Of a stretch of DNA of 64,000 nucleotides, positions 1-12,351 are shown one piece after another; within the stretch, counting starts at the first letter, position 1; the number at the start of each line of letters is the position of its first letter. The translations under genes and the position numbers were made by a program. The notes under the pieces are model-generated. The model did no database searches. It saw only the letters and a program-made list of their open reading frames with translations, and was not told the origin of the DNA. Origin of the DNA: Octopus sinensis (lineage: Eukaryota). Where the stretch lies: contig NC_042997.1 in the NCBI RefSeq assembly GCF_006345805.1, positions 105,400,001 to 105,464,000 on the forward strand, in the 5' to 3' direction.

Positions 1-236
1 ATGATTCCATTCTGGAAAATAGTGAAAATCATAGGCGATAAAGTTTGAAACAGTGACTAACTTTTGTAACACATCAAGCCATTTACAAGAATAGCAGGAC
101 CGAACACACATACACAGTATGTGTGTGTGTTGTTAGTTCGTAGATCGGCTGCGTTTTAAGCATAAAAGAATATATTCTTAATGTACCTGGTGTTAAAAAT
201 AAGTCTTAGGCAAGCGAGACAAGTTCCCTTCCCGGA

Positions 237-283
237 GCGAGAGATATCGATGTTTCGACGTTGTTGTGACTTTTCAAAGCCGC
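237..283 (-). ncRNA. Degenerate minimal type I hammerhead-like motif (U3-A8 variant core)
   Basis: Minus strand reads GCGGCT TTGAAAA GTC-ACAACAAC-GTC GAAA CATCGATA TC TCTCGC. The layout is stem I / core / stem II / GAAA / near-palindromic stem III / UC / stem I', but the stems are mismatched. Confidence 0.45.
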
Positions 284-305
284 GTACCGAACAAGTCCTG
301 CTGCA

Positions 306-533
306 AGCCGGCAGAAACGTTAGCACGCCAGGCGAAATGCGTAGCCCTATTTCGTCCGCCGTTACGTTCTGAGTTCAAATTCCGCCGAGGTCGACTTTGC
401 CTTTCATCTTTTCAGGATCGAAAAATTAAGTACCAGTTACGCACTGGAGTCGATATAATCGACTTAATCCGTTTGTCTGTCCTTGTTTGTCCCCTCTGTG
501 TTTAGCCCCTTGTGGGTAGTAAAGAAATAGGTT
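306..533 (+). mobile_element. tRNA-derived SINE, family A (ggcggcgagctggcagaa head), tail subtype ending gtagtaaagaaatagg
   Basis: B-box-like GAGTTCAAATTCC; near-identical to the reverse complement of 43799-44033; many other copies in the window. Confidence 0.85.
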
Positions 534-614
534 TGAAAGCCATCTGCTAGCATGTCCCAACGTTTCATGCCACTGAAAAAACTCAAATACGAATTAGAAG
601 TAGCTCGAGATATA

Positions 615-840
615 CTGTTGCGGCCAAAATGTTCAGAACGGCATTGTTTTCGCCAGAAAAGTAGGTATACGTTTTTATCAAAGTTGTTTTATATTCTATA
701 ATTTTCACAGACAATAAATACGATATTAATTGTTATTGTCTGAGATTTTGGTGTAATTTGAGAGGATAATACAAAAATTATGGATGATTTAGTGATTTAC
801 TTCAAAATCCATGCCGTTCAGAACATTTTGGCCGCAACTG
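615..840. mobile_element. Tc1-like MITE, 226 bp
   Basis: 30 bp TIRs at 615-644 and 811-840 (cagttgcggccaaaatgttctgaacggcat, 2 mismatches), flanked by TA on both sides. Confidence 0.85.
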
Positions 841-961
841 TATAAGCACAATGGAACACACACAAGTTGTGTGTTGTTGGTTTGTGGGTCGGCTTTGTTT
901 CAGGCATAAGAGTATATATTCTCAATGCACCATGTGTATGTGTGTTCTGTTTTGTTTATAT

Positions 962-1360
962 AGGAGTGGCTGTGTGGTAAGTAGCTTGCTTACCAACCAC
1001 GTGGTTCCGGGTTCAGTCCCAATGCGTGGCACCTTGGGTAAGTGTCTTCTACTATAGCGTCGGGCCGACCAAAGTCTTGTGAGTGGATTTGGTAGACGGA
1101 AACTGAACGAAGCCCGTCGTATATATGTACGTATATATATGTATGTGCGTCTGTATGTTTGTGTGTCTGTGTTTGTCCCCCTACCATCGCTTGACAACCG
1201 ATGCTGGTGTGTTTACGTCCCCGTAACTTAGCGGTTCGGCAAAAGAGACCGATAGAATAAGTACTAGGCTTACCAGGAATAAGTCCTGGGGTCTATTTGC
1301 TCGACTAAAAGGCGGTGCTCCAGCATGGCCACAGTCAAATGACTGAAACAAGTAAAAAGA
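962..1360 (+). mobile_element. tRNA-derived SINE, family B (ggagtggctgtgtggtaag head), full length
   Basis: A-box-like TGGCTGTGTGG, B-box-like GGTTCAGTCC, CORE-like ggcaccttgggtaagtgtctt, internal TA/TG microsatellite, 3' end gtcaaatgactgaaacaagtaaaa. Many copies in the window. Confidence 0.85.
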
Positions 1361-1506
1361 GAATATACCTCGAGTTACTTCTAATTCATATTTCAAATTT
1401 TTTTTCCGTGGGATGAAACGTTGGGACATGCCAGCAGATGGTTTTTAAACCATTTAGTATATAGTTACATTCGGGGATATATCCTGCAGCATGCGTTGTT
1501 CGGTAC

Positions 1507-1553
1507 TTGGCACTGGAAAGTCACACTAACGGCGAAACATCGATGTCTGTCGC
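1507..1553 (+). ncRNA. Degenerate minimal hammerhead-like motif (paralog of 237-283)
   Basis: TTGGCA CTGGAAA GTC-ACACTAAC-GGC GAAA CATCGATG TC TGTCGC. Stem III is a perfect palindrome and GGCA pairs with TGTC; the core deviates from CUGANGA at two positions. Confidence 0.45.
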
Positions 1554-3189
1554 TCCTTGAACGGTCCTGATGTGAGTTGTATCGCTTGCTTGCTACTTAC
1601 TTTTAGGTGATTTTAACACCAGGCGCATTCAGAATATATTCTCTCTCGCCTAATATGCAGCCGGCCCAGGAAATACCAACACACCCACCATGTGTATGTG
1701 TTTTGATGTTGCTTGTTTACCTCGGGTTCCTTCTAATTCATATTTGAAGAATAGCAGAATTGGAATCCTGTGACGTACGAGATGATATATTCTTTTGATC
1801 AAGTAGTATATATGCAAACAACGTTATGTGACTCGGTTTCTTTTGGTAGTTTCGCAATCATCAAAGTATTGTTTGAAGTACTGTTTAGTTATATTCTTGA
1901 ATGGAAGCCCTGCCCAGGTACGCCTTAGTTATATATGAATCAGGTAAATATAGTAAATGACAGTCCAAGTAAACGCTAAATCCAAACTCTGCTCATCCGT
2001 TTCATGTTTTGAATGCCCCTTAGAAATTACCAACCAGCTAACAAAGAAACCAACAAACCAGCCAGCCAACTCTTACAGAATGTTACGCCAAAATTAACTG
2101 TAAACCTTTTGTTGCTACTAATCTTTCACAAGTTGAGCTTCTTCCAAACTCCCTTCAACGTACTTCTGTCATAGCAACCCAAATATATTTTCCCTTTGTG
2201 CACACTATTACCGCTGGCACACATCTGATCACATTTCGAAACATTTAAAAGCTACCTCCTTATCATGAGCACTTACTACTTGAGACGATCCCCACGTAAT
2301 TAAACTACACTCAATAACGCGACTAAGCATAAGTTTTCTAGTCATACAGAGATGTAAGTTGAGACACTCCTCATAGAATTATATAACATCAATTAATAAT
2401 TATAGGCGTCCATATTATACTGTCATTAAATCTACATTTAAGCAACTAAAATAAAATTATAATTTTATAATGAGGTTAGAACCTAACATATTTTCACATT
2501 AAAAAAGCAGGTAGCAAGGGATTCAAGCGAGTTTATAATTACGGAATTCTGCGTTACGGAAAGGCTTTTCATGAAATCAAATATTTTTTAACGAGCAGAT
2601 ACGCGTATGTATAAGTGAAACCTTAAATTTCTAGTTTCTAATTCTTCAAGCTTGTATCATTCTTCCAATTACCACCTGTATTATATAAATATCATCATGC
2701 ACACTACAGTAAAATCAACTACAGATATAAATGCAGTGGGAAAATCACATTAGTAAACTCCGTTATTTCCAAATTATTGCATTTTTTCAGAATATATATG
2801 CTATGTAGGCATCCTCAGTGTTATGACTTACTCCGTTTACGTGATTTCGCGTTTTTCACGGAATATTAAAAAGTAACCACTGATTTCAGCTTACGACCTA
2901 TAATTTCGTTCTTAAGGAAATTTGTATATATTTCTTAGTTGACATGTGTTATGGCTAGTACCAAAGTAGTTAACAATTATCACGATACATACATATATTC
3001 ACATATGTGCCTGCGTAATATTTTCGAATGTAAGGTGGCATTTTTTCCTGTTGACATTATTGTATATAATTCAATTTTCACATTCCCTAGATGTCACCAT
3101 CATCGACTCAGCTAACACTAACACTAACAACTCGTTAATGACCCACATATATATATGTAAAGAAAGGCATCCGATATTTTCGTTGTGAA

Positions 3190-3340
3190 TTTTGGTATGC
3201 TGATAACCCATAACGAAATTCCCAAAGGAGAGTGCTGTTCCTGTCCCCATCGGAGCGGCAGATTTTTGCCGAAAACTATTGGCATTGAATAACATTCTAG
3301 TTCTTTTATGATAATTATTTTTCTTTATGCCATAACGAAT
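3190..3340 (-). mobile_element. Penelope-like element RT fragment
   Basis: Translation MLFNANSFRQKSAAPMGTGTALSFGNFVMGYQHTKI resembles the PLE RT segment F.FN..Y.Q..G.AMGT..AP..ANL.MG. Confidence 0.55.
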
Positions 3341-3490
3341 TTCACGTGAATAATTAATTATACAACGAGCACTTAATGGCCTCATATGTATGGTGAATTT
3401 GTAAAAATTAAAAAGAACACACACACACATATATATATATACATATATATATATATAATATATATATATTATATACATATATATATATAC

Positions 3491-3592
<102 letters not shown>

Positions 3593-3999
3593 TACATTTA
3601 TATATTACCGTTAATAAATTTACCTTCATAAAGTTCGCCTTTAAAATGCCATGACGAGTCAGAGTACTTTCTCGCCAACCTCCGAAAACTTCTCTTGCTA
3701 ACCTCCAAGAATCTCTCCCTCGTCCAGCTGACAGCTTTTTTACATTTTCGAGACGGAAAATACACTTTTGCGGCAGTTATAACGAATTTGCTTTCTTATA
3801 TCAGAGTAATAAGGCGTTTCAATACAACATCTTTACTCCAGGAATTACCGGGTACACCAGCTAGTATATGTATGCATGTATGTATGTATGTATGTATGTA
3901 TGTATGTATGTATGTATGTATGTATGTATGTATGTATGTATGTATATAAGTTTGTTTAATGTTATAAAACAATTCTACATTAAACTGAACGATTTCTCA

Positions 4000-4780
4000 A
4001 TACATTTGGTAGAGCACAATGCTTTTTTTTATTCTTTTATCGACAGTGACTTCGAGTTTAGGCCAGCTACGCCTTCGGCGAATTGTGGTGCATTTGAGTT
4101 TATCTTGGAGTTATACAGTGTCTCTTAAGTTTTCTTGTGTAAGGTGAGTTCTATCGGATGATAATTCAGTTGTATGGTAGACTGTGATTGTAAAATGTTA
4201 TGGAGAAATTTTTAATTGTGCTATTGTTTAGAATTTATTGAAGCATGTCAAACTTCTTAATAAAGTGTGTATATTTATGTGTAATATCTTCAGGTCATAG
4301 GTGATCATAAATTAATGTAGCTATTAGAAGGTGTATGCTAGCCAGCACGTGCCAATAATATAGGTGCTTTTGGTTTTAGTTGGATATTAAGTAGATATTT
4401 ATCCGTTTGTTTTGAAATTATGAAGGTTAAATCTCTGAGTTCCGTCCAGTATTTAGACTTTTATAATGAGGTGTATTTATTTAACTGTGTCAGCTATTAA
4501 GCAATGGGATTTTAAGGTTTCACAAAAGAATGTAAGTGGGCTTTAAGTTTTAGTTTGTTTGCCGGCCGGTATCCTTTAGCGTTTTTCAACCGTTTCTATT
4601 GGGAAAGTTTTGGCTATCTCTTAATCAAGTCATATCGTTATTAGCAAGGAAAATTTATTAATATCATGTTTTAATGTCCACACGAGAATGTGTAAATGTT
4701 GCTTGTCAGTTATTTGTAGGGGAACATTGTTGTCAAAATTATTTGGTTACGATATATATATAACTGAAATTAAAGAAGGA
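4000..4780 (-). mobile_element. Heavily decayed Penelope-like RT, N-terminal part
   Basis: Broken minus-strand translation (PTKPKAPILLARAG*HTPSN...DML...) weakly echoes the RPIIAGP..THR.SNFLD segment of the 14330 copy. Many stops. Confidence 0.35.
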
Positions 4781-4869
4781 AAAGGCACATACGTTACATA
4801 GTTTTAATATACTTTTAAATATTTTATATTGTGTTTTTGTCAACTGGTTTTGCTTTCGCTAATCATGGA

Positions 4870-5150
4870 CACCCAAACTGTGGAACATGCCCCAAACCAC
4901 TCGATGGCTCGGATTTCCTTTTCAAACAAGGGAAGAGGTTCACAATTAAAACCAACTTCACTTGTGCCTCTGAGATTCTAATTTAAATAATAACTTGCTC
5001 GGGTTGTGGACATAACTATATAGGACAGATGAGTATGATACTGAGACGGAGAATCACTTTACATAAAGAGCAGATCCGATTACCACAATACAAACCGATT
5101 CCTTTAAGTGAACGTATAGATGTGTAGAAATGTGCAAGTAGGATCTAACC
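4870..5150 (+). mobile_element. Penelope-like GIY-YIG endonuclease fragment (pseudogenised)
   Basis: CGTCPKPL...FTIKTNFTCASEILI*IITCSGCGHNYIGQMSMILRRRITLHKEQIRLPQY: LIY(*)..C..C..YIG motif, downstream R and H, and an upstream Cys linker. Confidence 0.8.
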
Positions 5151-5183
5151 AAATTTCAGTTTCCCCCTTCTACCAGTGCATAG

Positions 5184-5185
<2 letters not shown>

Positions 5186-5234
<49 letters not shown>

Positions 5235-5370
5235 TAATAATAATAATAAAATAATAATAATAATAATAATAATATTAATAATAATAATATATTAATAATA
5301 ATATAATAATAATAATGATAATAATAATGATAATAATAATAATAATAATAATATTAATAATAATAATAAT

Positions 5371-5405
<35 letters not shown>

Positions 5406-5428
5406 TAATAATAATAATAATGATAATA
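5186..5428 (+). repeat. (AAT)n microsatellite, imperfect
   Basis: Direct reading. Further (AAT)n blocks separate each inserted element up to ~6900. Confidence 0.95.
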
Positions 5429-5646
5429 GTCCTTTCTATTATAGACATAACACCTGAACATTTGGTGGGAGGAGACTAGTCGAATACACCGAAACCAGTG
5501 TTACATTGGTACTTAATATATCGATCCCCGAAAGGATGAAAGGTAAAGTCGACTTCGGGGGAATTTGAACTCGGAACGTAGCGAAGGGTGAATTACCGCT
5601 AAGCATTTCGCTCGGATTGCTAACGATTCTACCAATAAACCGCCTA
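5428..5646 (-). mobile_element. SINE family A, (ATT)n-tailed subtype
   Basis: Reverse complement of head, gagttcaaattcc and gtcgactttacctttcatcc, ending tagaaaggac then (ATT)n. Confidence 0.8.
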
Positions 5647-5656
5647 AATAATAATG

Positions 5657-5735
<79 letters not shown>

Positions 5736-5761
5736 TACAGATACAATAATAATAATAATGA

Positions 5762-5922
5762 TACACATCCTACGCACATCCTGCACACATCCTACGCAGA
5801 ACACTTTCCATACAATAACCATCAGAGCATCACAACAAATCACAGCACATACCCAAGGCACACAGAGCTGCGCTCGGTAGTGAAGTGAAAGCACGCTATA
5901 AAAATAAAAATAAAACTACTGA
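5762..5922 (+). mobile_element. Extremely 5'-truncated R4/Dong LINE (last codons plus 3' UTR)
   Basis: cacatcctacgcagaacactttccatacaataaccatcagagc...cgctataaaaataaaactactga matches the 3' ends at 57277 and 57872; (AAT)n on both sides. Confidence 0.9.
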
Positions 5923-5945
5923 ATAATAATAATAATAATAATAAT

Positions 5946-6160
5946 CCTTTCTACTGTAGGCACAAGGCCTGGAATATGAGGGGAGGGGATAGTCGATCAC
6001 GTCGACCCCAGTACTGGACTGGTACTTAATTTATCGACTCCCAAAAGATGAAAGGCAAAGTCGACTTCGGGGGAATTTGAACTTGGAACGTAGCGAAGGG
6101 CGAAATACCTCTAAGCATTTCGCTCTGAATGCTAATGATTCTGCGAACCCACCGCCTATA
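5946..6160 (-). mobile_element. SINE family A, (ATT)n-tailed subtype
   Basis: Same motifs as 5428-5646; flanked by (AAT)n on both sides. Confidence 0.85.
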
Positions 6161-6177
6161 TAATAATAATAATAATA

Positions 6178-6234
<57 letters not shown>

Positions 6235-6259
6235 CAATAATAATAATAATAATAATAAC

Positions 6260-6295
<36 letters not shown>

Positions 6296-6296
<1 letters not shown>

Positions 6297-6849
6297 GCCC
6301 TGATGCCGTACCAGGCAATGGCTCTCATGGCTTCTGATCTTAACTGATTGGAAGTGTTATCATGTACATTGTTTTGTCTTGGTATAAAAGATGGGCTACA
6401 GCAAATATTCTGCTCAATACCATAGATTTGCTTGTCAGTTGTTTGACCTTAACCAGTTGATCATGTCCCTTAGTGGCTGACGATATGTGCATCTCTGATC
6501 ACGAGCAGAAGTAGTGGGGGAGCATCATAGCCATGTGTTGAGAGGGATTCTTTGGGGTTTGAATGATTCACCTCTGGAAACATGGGTGGTTCTTTCAACA
6601 TCCTTAAACAACCCTTATTCAGGGACCGCTGAGCGGGATGGGCTACTCAACCTGAAGAAAATTCTAACTGGGCCCCACCTGCAAGGTCATGAGCTGTTTA
6701 TCTTGATATGAGATCACCATGTCGCGCACATATGGTTGTGATGCATGTGCCTGGTGTGCCCTTATCAGACGGGTAGTCATGATGGGTATATTGGGCTTCG
6801 TATATTTTACCCCAGTGTCAATTTGATGGCATGAACTGCTCTCTCACTC

Positions 6850-6850
<1 letters not shown>
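6296..6850 (+). mobile_element. ~555 bp non-coding interspersed element embedded in (AAT)n (non-autonomous retroelement-like)
   Basis: Its 3' 135 bp recur at 23495-23630 with the same (AAT)n tail. Its 5' half recurs inverted at 62160-62420. No convincing ORF or tRNA boxes. Confidence 0.75.
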
Positions 6851-6889
<39 letters not shown>

Positions 6890-7581
6890 GTAATAATAAT
6901 ATTTCTAACATAGGAAGAGAGAAAAAAGCTGGAAAAAAAGGAGGAAGAAAGGAAGGAATCTAACTCAGAAAGAAAGATAAATTATCTTCTCAAATATTTT
7001 TTTTTATTCCTGTACAACGGATAGAAGTGGGAAAGACATCGATGTAAAAGATCAACAATGAAAATTAACGATATGATAGAAAGTTCCGCAGTTTGAACCT
7101 CATATCAACAGATCTATTTTGTTTCTATGAAAGCAATTTTTTTGTCCATTTTATAAACCTCTGTCTCTCCCCATCATCTCCCAATTTCTTAGTTTCGTGT
7201 CATTCTCCTCCCTTTCTTTCATGCTATGTCGACTGCTTTTGTGGAAGTATATTTGAGAGCAAATATGGTAGGAAATGAACATAATATGTATGTTTGTAAT
7301 TTGTTCTGATTTCCCGATACTCTTTTGTTAAAGCTGCTAGATTTAGTACACCTCTCTGTTTTGATATATTATAGCATGTACAAAGGTTAACTTCAATGAT
7401 GTCACAAAGAAAATTATTATTAATAACCAAAACTCATCTCTCCTTTCTCCGATATATGAAGTAGAAAAATCAGCGATGCAATGACAAACTATCCTAGCAA
7501 GAAAGATATATTACAATAAGTGATATATGTATGTGTACATATGTCTGTGTGTGCAGATGCATATGTGTGAGTATATATATA

Positions 7582-7695
<114 letters not shown>

Positions 7696-7929
7696 ATATA
7701 TACATATATATATGCGTGTGTATGTATATATGTGTGTTTACACACACACATACATAAACATGTATGTATGAAAGCAGCTAGAACCGTGGTTAGCGAAGAG
7801 AAATCATGAAAGAACATTAAGTTCTCGTATATGTTTTTTGTTTTCGAAGACGACTATGATAAATAAGTGACAGAAACGATCTATCATAGTTTGTCGAAAT
7901 AAATTCCTCCAAAGAGATAACTACGTAGG

Positions 7930-8036
<107 letters not shown>

Positions 8037-9362
8037 ATATATACATACATACATACATGTGTACATATATGTATGTCTGCATGTATGCATGTATATATAT
8101 ATATTTATATATATATATGGATGTTCATATGTATGCGTTCATGCACAGGGAAGTTACATTCTCAGAACAAATATGCATATACATAGACATATATACACTC
8201 GCACATAGCTATATATAATGTATACACAAAAGAGATAAACGTGTTCATGTATGTGTATATGTGTGTGTATGTATGTATATGTATGTATATGCATATATAT
8301 GTATATATGTATATACATACATAGTCTTATCTACACGCATAGAGGCATGTATGCTTACATACGTGTAAGTAGATATGTGCACGTATGTGTGTACTAATAT
8401 ATATCTATTTATAAAAATAATCATATACATGTATGTATGTTTCCATGTATGAATGTAGGCATGCATGTACTTACGTGCGTTTCTATACACACACACACAC
8501 ACACACACACACATAAATATGGGACATATACATCTGGGATATTTAGGTATAATACAGATTTTGTGACGGACAGCAGAGGAGGCAAACCTTTTAGCTATTT
8601 TTTTTTATTCTATTGTAGTGGCTGTTTGGAAATTGTGCTTGCTTCGTGATTTGTCAGATCTATTTTCCTATATTTTCGACTGATTTTTTAGAATGGTTTC
8701 CTAGAGCAAAGCAGTGACTTATTTCCCTAGCTTACATATTTGCAGCAATAGAAACGTGTCTTAATTCTCACGCATTATTTAGTTTCTGTATCTCTCATTT
8801 TCTTTCAAATATAGCGTTGAAGTCTCTTTGTTGCTGTTTCTAACGTTGTTCTGTTGTTGATATTTTGCTCATAATCACTCTAAATCGATTGGCTTAGTCT
8901 TGTCGATGCTTTTATTTCTTCTCTTTTTCGTCCTTGCATATCTGGTCTAAAATGACCAGTGCACATACATAGTCAAGGAAAGTGTTTCCGACAAGTTTGG
9001 ATATATGCTGCCCTGAGCTTAAACCAGGGGTTCTCAATGATTTTTTTATCTGTGATTTCCTTTGACTACAATTTTAGCCTGGTCGATCAGAATCATACTC
9101 TAATTCCTGAACCAAAGGTACCTTAAGCATGACACTTCCTTTCACTATTTTCTAATCAATTCAGATGTAATAAATACCAGCCAGGTAATAGTAAAATCCT
9201 TTTCTCCTCTAACTATCACATCCTAGGTGTTCAGCCGAGTTAAAAATGAAGAAGAGAGTGTCTATATTTCCTTGTAAGTACATAGACACCTACAGTAATT
9301 AGCGAAAGCATAGTGTATACCATGATGCCATACTTGATTGCGAGTAACGTCTGGCAGTACTG

Positions 9363-9551
9363 TACTAGGGGTTCTTGAAAAGTCCTTGGCTTTAATGGCA
9401 TCGCGAAAGGTCTAATTTTACAGGAATGAGAAAGACTGAAGGACTGCGACAAATCCGAGAGGAGAATATGTCAAATAAAGTCATAATTAACTGATCCACC
9501 TGTATTTTCTTTTACCCAAAGTCAGGAACTTATATCTAAATATACTTCATA
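9363..9551 (+). mobile_element. Mariner-derived MITE (degenerate)
   Basis: ta-ctaggggttcttgaaaagtccttggcttt ... aaagtcaggaactt TIR-like ends; homologous to 42462-42620 and 63201-63400. Confidence 0.7.
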
Positions 9552-9679
9552 TTCACTACTGGAGTGACAGTGAATAACCAGACTTAAACTTCAATTATCT
9601 GAACAGACCTGCCGGTTAAACTACAACAATTTTCCTCTTTCTCTTGAATCATGTTCTCATATATGTATACTCATTTTCA

Positions 9680-9856
9680 CTCTTTTACTCTTTTACTTGT
9701 TTCAGTCATTTGACTGAGGCCATGCTGGAGCACCGCCTTTAGTCGAGCAAATCGACCCCGAGACTTATTTTTGTAAGCCTAGTACTTATTCTATCGGTCT
9801 CTTTTGCCGAAACGCTAAGTTACGGAGACATAAACACACCACACATATATATATAC

Positions 9857-9887
<31 letters not shown>

Positions 9888-9980
9888 CGACGGGCTTCTT
9901 TCAGTTTCCGTCTACCAAATCCACTCACAAACCATGTGCTTGCCAAGCAAGCTACTTACCACACAGCCACTCCTGCTCCT
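9680..9980 (-). mobile_element. SINE family B (internally deleted)
   Basis: Reverse complement of the 962-1360 motifs. Confidence 0.85.
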
Positions 9981-10583
9981 ATATATATCAACATTTTGAT
10001 GGTGGCTGTTCGCAAATTACAAACAAAAGGCACAAGTATAGACATCACAAAGCTGATTAAGGGTGCTACTCATCACCAGCATTGCTAGAAATAGGAGTCA
10101 GAACAACTCTTAGCCACGACGAAGCAATTATCTAATGACTGACAAGGGAGACAAGTTCCCTACAGTAAGCGAGACAGAGCCAGATCATCGATGATTCCAG
10201 ACTGGATGCGTGTGTGTGCTTGTGACTATATGTGTGTGTGCACGCGTGCGTGCGTATGTGTGTACGTGTGTGTTTGTGCGCACGCGTAAGTGTGCTTGGG
10301 TGTGTATTATTAGAAGTCATTATCATAATCCAAGTCGGTACGTAGATATTTCGGAACCCTAGTACACTCGAACAATGGAAGGGATAAATATCGAGTGGTA
10401 CTAAAAGCAATGAGAATAGATTTGCTCTGTGAATGAAATTATACTATGTCCGCGTATATAGAATTCAAAGTGTGTGTCACGGATGTTGTTATTCAATTTG
10501 CATATATATTTGAATGATATGCTCGTGCTCACAGGCGTATATTCACACATATATATAGATAACCTTGTATGTGTATGCATATA

Positions 10584-10623
<40 letters not shown>

Positions 10624-10624
10624 C

Positions 10625-10657
<33 letters not shown>

Positions 10658-10991
10658 TATATATATATAAATATATATATACATGTTTGTGTATATGTAT
10701 GCATGTGTGTGTACATGTATACACATGTAGATATGTGCAAACCTGTACAGAGACATTCACCACACTTTTTCAAAATACGTACATAAACCTACACTTACAC
10801 AGCTCCATGCTCAGCTGATAGTGAAACACTAAATTTTAAAATATAAGAGAGAAGCATATCTTCGAAACGAAAAAAATATAAAGAAAAAGTTAAATGATTA
10901 AGTTTTCGTTAACAAATTGTAAACTTTTAAGTATTTTTCCTTTGCGATGAGTGAAAAGCTACAAAATTTCTCATATTACATACATACATAT

Positions 10992-11041
<50 letters not shown>

Positions 11042-11296
11042 ATATAAACTTTTTCTCAATATTATAGAACTATTAAAAGACACTTTTTATGCCATTCAAA
11101 GCTGGACAAAGCAATTTTAAAGTTTTAATTAGTTTTTCTTAAAATAGGTAATTTAATGAATGCATTTAGATTTTCTATAGCGCTGTAATTAATCTATAAA
11201 AAGCTTAATGTTATATGTGCAGCACTCTCTATTTCTCTCTCTCGCTCTCTCTCCCTCTTTCGATATACATACATATACACACCCACACACACACAC

Positions 11297-11333
<37 letters not shown>

Positions 11334-11526
11334 TATATATGAAAGAGACAGTGAGAGATGGCGTTAAACATTTAAAAAAATATGATATAACGATATGAAA
11401 ATTTTTAGCGTTTCATGTAAGTGGTCATTAACATCATAGGTATAGACCAAGATAATTTTCGTTAATGTGTATACGTGCCATGTATTAATGTGTGGTCATA
11501 GTTTCGTTAAACATACAGTGTACACG

Positions 11527-11565
<39 letters not shown>

Positions 11566-11776
11566 TATGTATATATAATCGTGTGTATGTATATGTATAT
11601 ACCTCGTGTACATTCACTCAAACGCAAATAGAGACAACGACTGCAACACACACATACAGTTGTGCAGGTATCACTACCATAGTTGCATAAGTCGAGAAAA
11701 AGTTAAATACTAATTTTCTTTCGAAGTAAACACATAATAATAACATTATTTAAATTAGCAAAATACACATACATAG

Positions 11777-11864
<88 letters not shown>

Positions 11865-12281
11865 AATCTACATATATATATATATATATATATATATCTA
11901 TATATATAATATATACATACATACGTATATATATATATATTTGTATGTAAAGTAAATATATATGGCAAACAACCATACGATATAGGGAAAGGAGAGAAAT
12001 ACAGAAGTCTGTACGCGAGTAATATGCATAACAATGCACCCAGGATTGTCAATATACGTGTGTAGGTCTATGCTGTGTTTGAGTTTTAAGCATTTGGGTT
12101 TCAAATATGCCGCAACCTGGTGTGTGCTTTTAAGATAATATACGCCTATATAGTTCTCATTAATAATATCTTTTCGTTTTAAAACGTGTCCTTTGTCCTA
12201 ATGTAAGATTTCAATTTAGTTATGTTAATCATGAAATGAAGATGCGATTAATGTATCATTTCTCATATATTCTCACTCGCC

Positions 12282-12351
<70 letters not shown>

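Larger units (their letters stand above)
105..1750. repeat. Inverted array of a ~352 bp repeat unit (left arm 105-931, right arm 928-1750), interrupted by two SINEs and a MITE
   Basis: 105-305 plus 534-614 match the reverse complement of 1362-1700 (e.g. ccatctgctagcatgtcccaacgtttcat vs atgaaacgttgggacatgccagcagatgg). acctcg...ttctaattcatattt recurs at 1367 and 1719 (period 352). The orientation flips at cacc, 928-931. Confidence 0.8.

Noticed and set aside
7843-7898. Hairpin actatgata/tatcatagt enclosing gaaacgatcta, as a hammerhead
   Set aside because: No CUGANGA-like core and no stem II; it is only a small hairpin.
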